Shown here: positions 57,877-64,000 of the stretch, piece by piece | How positions within the stretch are numbered: the stretch's first letter is position 1 | Layout: each line of letters starts with the position of its first letter | From: Blastocladiella emersonii ATCC 22665 | Lineage: Eukaryota; Fungi; Blastocladiomycota | Length of the DNA stretch: 64,000 bases | Assembly: GCA_025594325.1 (NCBI GenBank) | Contig: JANHCV010000013.1 | Location: 682,001 to 746,000, forward strand | Reading direction: 5' to 3' | Translations under genes and position numbers: made by a program | Notes under the pieces: generated by a model | What the model was told of the DNA's origin: nothing | What the model saw: the letters and a program-made list of their open reading frames with translations, nothing else | Database searches by the model: none

Positions 57877-60800
57877 ATGAGCTCAAAATCGCAATTTATG
57901 CCGACGCAGACGAGTGCGACGGTTCTTTACGCGGATGCGTCTGAGCATTTCGATCCGTTCCGCGACTCGCACGCCACCGACCTCTTTCTGCACCACGACG
58001 TGGTTCGCACTAGTCGAACTCTTAGTGTACTTCTATGCGGGTTCAACGACCTGCGCAGTCTGGCCCACACGATCGGCGAGGCCAAGCGAAAGCGCAAGGA
58101 CGCGGACGGGATTCTCCTCACGTTCGTTCTCAACGACATGCGTCCCGAGCCTATTGCGCGCCTCATTATTATGGGGATCACAAACTCGTTAATGGATTCG
58201 GACGCGCTTGCCGGCTTCGTTGGCCAGCTCTGGTTCTCGGAACACATGGAGCCGCAGGTGCTTCGTTACTGGAAACGCATCATGCGCGCGTGCCTCGGCC
58301 TTGGCAGCGGATGGCTCTCGCCCGGACTTCGCCTCTGCATCAAGGACAAGTCGACGTTGGAGGCCGTGTGCGCCTGCTGGCGGCGCTGGCTTGCATTAAC
58401 TGATTACACTTCGTCTGGGCAAGTCGCTCAGCACAAAGATATACTCAAGTCTTTCTCTTATTCTCGTCCTCGTTTTGATGTCCTTGATCGACCGTTCGGT
58501 GCAGGCTTGGGCGACTGTTCAGTGGCCAATCAGCTCGAGCGTCGCTCGCTGGCTGCCGCGTTTTTCGGCTGCAGCGACAAGCTTGACGCTTCCAAGGTTG
58601 CTCGCACGACTTGCGAGATTCAACACCTCGTCGAGGACGGAACTTATGTTGGGCAGCTCTGCTGCCACTCGACCCGCACCAAGCGTACTGTCGTCAACCC
58701 GACCTTCATCGAAGCGAACATGCTCTTTTCTACGACTCTTGCGGCTCCGTGTACTGGTTTCTACTTCGACGCGGGCCGCGAACGTCTCGGCGAGTCCATG
58801 GCCGCCCAGTTGAAGAGCTGGGTCGATGCTCTCAAGGAGGATTTCGCGGCGCCGCGTGACTCGGCCAACGGCCCCACGAGTGCATCTTCAGCCGCAAAGC
58901 CTAGGACGTGGTCCAAGCTCACGTTTGTCCTTGGTGACGCCGTCTTAGTCATGGAGCAGTTACTCGCCGACCCCGAGCAGCGCTTTGACGTGATCGATAC
59001 GTCGACGCTCGCGGATCGCTGTGGTATGCTCAACCTTTTGCTTCACGGCTCGCACCTGCTCAAGGACAACTATATCCCGGCCGGAGACAAGTCGCTTCTC
59101 CACGTGTGCTCGAACCAGGGCTTGACGCGCTAGTCGCGGCCGCTCAAGTACTTTGAGGAGCACCTTGGGCTCCCTCCTCACGCTTTCGCCATCTTCTTTG
59201 GCGTCGCGCTTTATGAGCAGCAGGGTGACGAGGGCGATCACTGGTTTGCGCATGTTCGATCCTTTGCGTATCGCAAAGATGACGCTTTCGGCCACGCGCC
59301 TTACCGTGCTCTTTCATTCCTCAAACTTGATAATCCCGAGTTACCCGTGTCCGTTGACACAGCGCCGTACCTGCTTCCCTTCCTCAAATCTTTGGTGAGT
59401 GCCGATGGTCGCCGCGACGAGTCCAAGTGTGCGTTCGGTACGCATGCTCACACATATCCTTTGTACATCACCGCGCCTAACATCACGTCGGCTTTAGGCG
59501 GTTCGTTTGTCACTCCGGCCTTTGGGATCAAGTTGATCTCGTACGCCCTGGCTTCCCGACGCCTGACCTGGTCGGACGGAACGTTGGACGAGGGCCTGTT
59601 CCGTGAGAGCGAGGAACATGCCTTGCTTGCCAGGATTCACGGCATCACTGATCGCCACAACGAAATGTCGCGCAGCAACAAGCTCACTCAGGTGACCGCC
59701 ACGTTTGCGATCCACGGCCTGCCCTCTGCATTCCACCCTTTCTGCATTCTTCTTGCGCGAAAGGGTTCGGCCGCGGCTAGCTCGGTCGCCTTTTACGAGC
59801 CTGAATGCCGTCTATGGCCAGGGCTCTGGCACAGCCCACGCGGTCTGGTACCTTGATCCTGAGACGATCGCGCGCTCGCCGAATTCTTGCTTCGCGCTCT
59901 ATGCCGTCCCTGCTCTTGGCCATATCAACAATCCTTCGCATGCGACACCGGTTTGCATCTCGAACTGGCTATCGCTTTCCACAAACGACGTTCCGTCCAC
60001 GCGTGCCATTGTGACAATGGACGTGCCCTTTGCAGAAATGCAGAGCGCGCTTCGCGGCGTCATGGAGAACGCGCGTGCTGCAGCCGAACTGCGACGTCTT
60101 GAGCAGTGGTACTTGCCCGTCGCTGGGATCACTGATCCGGTTGGCGACACGGCCGAGCTTCGCTTCACCATTCCACGTGGCCGCGAAAAGGTCACTGTGA
60201 AGCTGATGCCTGACAGCGACCTCCCGCGTTACCGTGGCACCGTTGCAGTGCTTGTTGACGGGAAAGTGCAGCCAGTCCGCCTCCCTTACGCGGTCCGCGC
60301 GACCGGCGTCGCAATTAGTCGCAAGGATCGGGTCGTTACGGTGACGGTCCGGAAGGTCCCGCGAGCGGTTGTGTATTCGCTTGGACTTGGCCCGCTGGTT
60401 CCGCAGTTTGCATCGCTCAAGGGCCTAGGTACCGCGAGCACGCTGCTCATGTCCGGTTTCATGCGCGCTGCATCTCTCGCCACGCTACGGGACATGTTCG
60501 CGACCACCGCGTTGTCAGCAAAGCTTCTTGAGCCGGAACTCATTCTACCAGGCCGCAGTCCTGGCTGGCAGGGCGCCTTTGCTCTCAAGCGGCTCATCCG
60601 CAAGCTTTTCAATCTCCACATCGACATGGTGGGGAAGTGGTTCGTCAAAATCGACGACGGCAACTCTCGCGGCTCCGTCACAATGCTGTTCATCAACTGG
60701 CCGACCGTCATCCCGCCGCAGGGCAAGGCGTACGGTGTCACGCCCGCGCTAGCCGTCAGCTTTCTTCACGTTCCGCCGCTCTCGACCATGGGGAACTCGA

Positions 60801-61093
60801 CTGCCGGTCGCGCCGCCATGCTGCGGCTCCGCAAGGTCATCGAGACATCGGAGAAGGAGTACTTCCGCACGTGCGGGCAGGCGTACCCGACCATCAAGTG
60901 GGAGGGCAACGCGGACGTGCTTGGCGAGTACTTTGACTATTGTCGCGCAGTCACGCTCGACCGCTCGATCCCTGACGAGATCTACCTTCCCAAGGTTGGA
61001 GCGAGCAAGGTGGATGAAGCCGCAGCGCAGGTTCAGCTCGACCTCTACTCGGCGCTCAAACGCGGGCTTCTCCTGCCCCTCTTTGCTAACTAG
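57877..61093 (+). pseudogene. DUF4470-type tandem copy 3 with in-frame TAG (59131-59133), intron 59438-59497 and a frameshift near 59795
   Basis: GLTR*SRPLKYF vs GLARFANPLQYF in copy 2. A 60-nt GTACGC...CCTAAC...TAG intron sits at the family position. VAFY^SLNAVY vs PAFYQSIHV marks the frameshift. Confidence 0.85.
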
Positions 61094-61389
61094 TTGTTGT
61101 TTGGACGCGTCAAAACGATGATCATCGGATTTATAAATTGCTTGAAGTATCTGACCTCGTCCTTAAAAGATGCGGCACAGCCAGTCACATGATCGCGTTG
61201 CGCCACACGTCTCAAGTTCTCGCTGCTTGCACTTGCACAGCCTGCACTTGCACAGCCTGCATTTGCGAAGTAAGGTCACGCATCGATGGCCGGTGGCCAG
61301 TTAAATACAACAGAACAACTAACAAATTGCAATTGCAACAAAACTGATCAAATCAACTCAAATGCGAATCGGCTGCGCGTCAATACCTT

Positions 61390-61820
61390 TCTCCATGAAC
61401 GCCTGATACATCGGCCCAAGCGTATCGCTGCTCTGGCCGGACCCGACCCAGTTCGCGGGCAGGACGAGGACGCGCTTGAAAACCTTGCTCATCGACGCAT
61501 ACACCAGCGGCTGATCCGCGGATCCGAATCAGGAACCGTGGCGTCGGGCAGCGCGTAGAAAGGCATCTGGCGCATCGGAAGAAGCGCCTCCCACGGCAGC
61601 TCACGCGTGGGCAGCCGCTGGTTGAGAATCACGCTGCCGCAGTCGGCGACGACCGACTCCCGCTGAGCGAGCGGAACGTCGCCGTCGCCGTCGCCGTCGC
61701 CGTACAGGTCGTCGCCGCGCGAGAGACGAGTAAGAGGGGAAGCGGGTCGGTGCCTCGCGGGTCGACGCGGATGGCCCACACCAGGATATCCTCGACCAGC
61801 TCATAAGGCAAGCGTTGCAT
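61390..61820 (-). pseudogene. Fragmentary F-box-like gene (MQRLPYELVEDILVWAIR…), frameshifted
   Basis: An F-box-like start is followed by a (GCGACG)n slippage tract. Downstream coding-like pieces in other frames end at a GT donor (…MYQAFMEK|gt). Confidence 0.45.
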
Positions 61821-61997
61821 GGTGTCGGGGCTTGATACGTCGCACTCCACAGTAGTAGGTGAGGGCGAGAGAGTGGAGCGAACGCAGCGCTGCGATCTTG
61901 TCGCGTCACACGTGTTGCGGGCGAGGTGAGACACCTGCGCTACAGCGCCCACCGCTTCTTCCACTGATGCCTCTATGGAACTCCCCATGTATCTGCT

Positions 61998-62579
61998 ATG
62001 ACTTCATGCAACGAGATCGATCCTGCTTGTACGATCAGTCAAGATCTTGTGCGCGCCACGACCGCCATGCGCCGTTACGCACATGACAGGCGCCTCCCTC
62101 CTTCGCCCGAGGAGCGCTCCGACCTCTTGCAGGGCGCCACTTGCAGTCTTATGGATGCCCGCGTGGCCCTGATACGAGCGACCCTCGTCGAGCGGCAGAG
62201 ACTTAGAGCCGATTCACATGTCAGTGCAGCAGTTGCAGGCCCGGCTCAGCGAGTCGCTGAGCTTGAACGGCTTTGCCGTGACTTAGACTCCGGATTACAC
62301 GTGTTGGGACCCTTGTCCGACGCTTCGCTCGAGCCGGCAAACAACGGCCGGTCAAAGTCTGCGCATTGGCTTAGCTCACCGCCAGTACATCCGAATACCA
62401 AAGATCTCAGGCTTGACGAGCTGGTGCAGTTGCATGGCCCGCTCCTTTGTCTTTCAGCTCCGCACGGGCTGTGGTCCACCGATTCCCCATGCGATTTCGT
62501 TGACCGTGTTCCTTTTCAACAACGGACTCGATGGGAAGTACCAAGTCGCGCCGATCCTGGGGGCCTGGCTGGCGAGTAG
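61998..62579 (+). CDS. Hypothetical 193-aa ORF abutting the broken 3' end of the minus-strand DUF4470 gene
   Basis: Helical-looking ORF with an ATG. The minus-strand DUF4470 homology stops at ~62510, where this ORF's sequence takes over. No recognised domain. Confidence 0.35.
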   Translation: MTSCNEIDPACTISQDLVRATTAMRRYAHDRRLPPSPEERSDLLQGATCSLMDARVALIRATLVERQRLRADSHVSAAVAGPAQRVAELERLCRDLDSGLHVLGPLSDASLEPANNGRSKSAHWLSSPPVHPNTKDLRLDELVQLHGPLLCLSAPHGLWSTDSPCDFVDRVPFQQRTRWEVPSRADPGGLAGE

Positions 62580-64000
62580 CCGGTCGCGGATATGTAGAAG
62601 GATCTTCAGTCCGAGCGGCACTTGACAACGGGACAAGTTTCCCTCCCACGAGTGAGCTCTTATCTGGACCACCATGATGGCCTGGAATTTGCTCACAGTA
62701 CACTCCGAAAAAGGTGTTGGGGGACAAGCTGTCAAGTGTGCTTGCCGGTATGTTTGCCGAGATGCGCAGGCGAGGAGGGTGGCCGTAGACCGGTTCAACG
62801 CGAAGGCTTTCGAAGCGAAGCTTTTCTTGCCAACCAACGGTTTCGAGGACCAAGTAACCCGCTTGCGGCGAAGCACCGTCGTCGCAAAGAACCAAAAACT
62901 CGAGGCAACTGTTCAAATCATTAGCAATATGGTCCCAGTAACCATATTTTTTCGTGGCGGCAGCGAGCTCCATAGCCATGCTCTCGTGGAGCCCACCGGG
63001 CTTGATGATTTTCAGCAAGAGGAGAGCGCCACTGTCCGGGATTCCAGGAGTGGAGGGCGAGGCGTGAAGCGTCGAATCCACAGCTGTGACCCGACCCGAC
63101 TCGACAGCGAATCGAACCAGTTTTGGGAGCAAGCACGCCGTGGTGAAGTTGGGAACTACGTAAGAGCTGTCAGCAATGAGCGTGAGGCTCCGGCTTTGAA
63201 GCGGCGCGCAGCGTACCTGGTGACTTGAGCTGAGTAAAATGGCGAAGGCACCCGGTCAGCGCGTCGCGGAGAAACTGTGATTTGTCCAGCATGGTCGGCG
63301 CAGTCGGCTGGGGCAGTTTGACGAATGACAGGTATCGCGTTGGATGGGCATCAAGGTGATCGAGACTCCAAGCAGAGGACTGGTACCAGGTCGACAGTCT
63401 CTCAGGGTTCAACTTCTTGGCAAGAATGACCCCAAAGAAAGCGGGAAACGCCGCGTGCGGAAGGCCCGACAAGTGCTGCAGATACGCTTCGTAATCGCTC
63501 GATACACCGCCGCCAGTCGCGGCTTTCGAGTACGTGAGTAGGCGAGAGCGGTGTGGGTGATCGTTGGTCTGGCAAAGCAGCACAGTCGCGTGGACGAGAA
63601 CGTTGATCAGACCGCAAGAATCGGCGAGGTTGTTGGTATCGACAACGTCAAAGAGGAGCCCGGGGGACGAGGATATCATCTCCATTACCGCGATCGCATG
63701 GCCGTGAGCAAAGGCAACACGAATGCGCGGGTTGCCCTCGATGGAAACGTTTCTCAGCGCTGAGACCCAGTCGCTGAGCTCGGACAGCATGGCTGACTCG
63801 GGAAGACCACGGCCAAGAAGCAAGTCAAAGGCATCGGACGGCAACACGCTGGAATCGACGGCGTAGTAAGGTTTGTTGTCAATGGAGAGGAGGAGAAACG
63901 TAGGATTGACAACGGTGGTCGACGTTTGCGTAAATGCAGCCACCTCGGCAAGACGCTCGATTGAGCAAGCGATACGCGCGGAGTTGGCGCTCTCGAGCAC
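62407..64000 (-). pseudogene. DUF4470-type copy 5, closest to the 34347-37500 copy; 5' end off-window, 3' truncated; intron 63156-63216
   Basis: TVVNPTFLLLSID..PYYAV and FDVVDTNNLADSCGLINVLVH. Same phase-1 intron (GTACGC...TAG). VGGKLVPLSSA...DRRD matches VGGKLFPLSAA...DRRD, after which homology is lost. Confidence 0.8.

Noticed and set aside
61228-61266. 15-bp tandem repeat TGCACTTGCACAGCC (~2.5 copies), and (CGCTCA)n near 42795
   Set aside because: Ordinary short tandem repeats in intergenic or UTR DNA.

Overview
A eukaryotic, intron-containing and GC-rich fungal window. The PKA catalytic subunit reads, from memory, like the 425-aa Blastocladiella emersonii enzyme, so the source is probably Blastocladiomycota. 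Two core signalling genes with extreme GC3 bias are intact: a coiled-coil/FixL-like PAS/guanylyl cyclase (1992-5535) and PKA-C (43035-44503). A low-complexity tail-anchored protein lies upstream of PKA-C. These genes sit in a lower-GC, fast-turnover island made almost entirely of three expanded families. (i) About 7 genes or relics have an F-box-like N-terminus and an unrecognised helical body, in two subfamilies (A1 and A2). (ii) Three are F-box-like/ankyrin-like/RNI-LRR genes or fragments. (iii) Five are ~1000-1100-aa DUF4470-type genes that share one intron position, most of them with nonsense or frameshift lesions. Other elements are a complete PIF/Harbinger transposon (15-bp TIRs, TTA TSD, intact DDE transposase, truncated second ORF) inserted in an otherwise intact F-box-like gene, a ~1.75-kb inverted repeat pair bracketing the PKA region, orphan gene fragments (MFS transporter tail, possible CNG-channel relic), and a conserved Met-Lys-stop micro-uORF before the three tandem DUF4470 genes. 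Exon models were derived by hand from GT-AG sites and frame continuity. All family assignments come from motif recognition, not database searches. No rRNA, tRNA or CRISPR was found.
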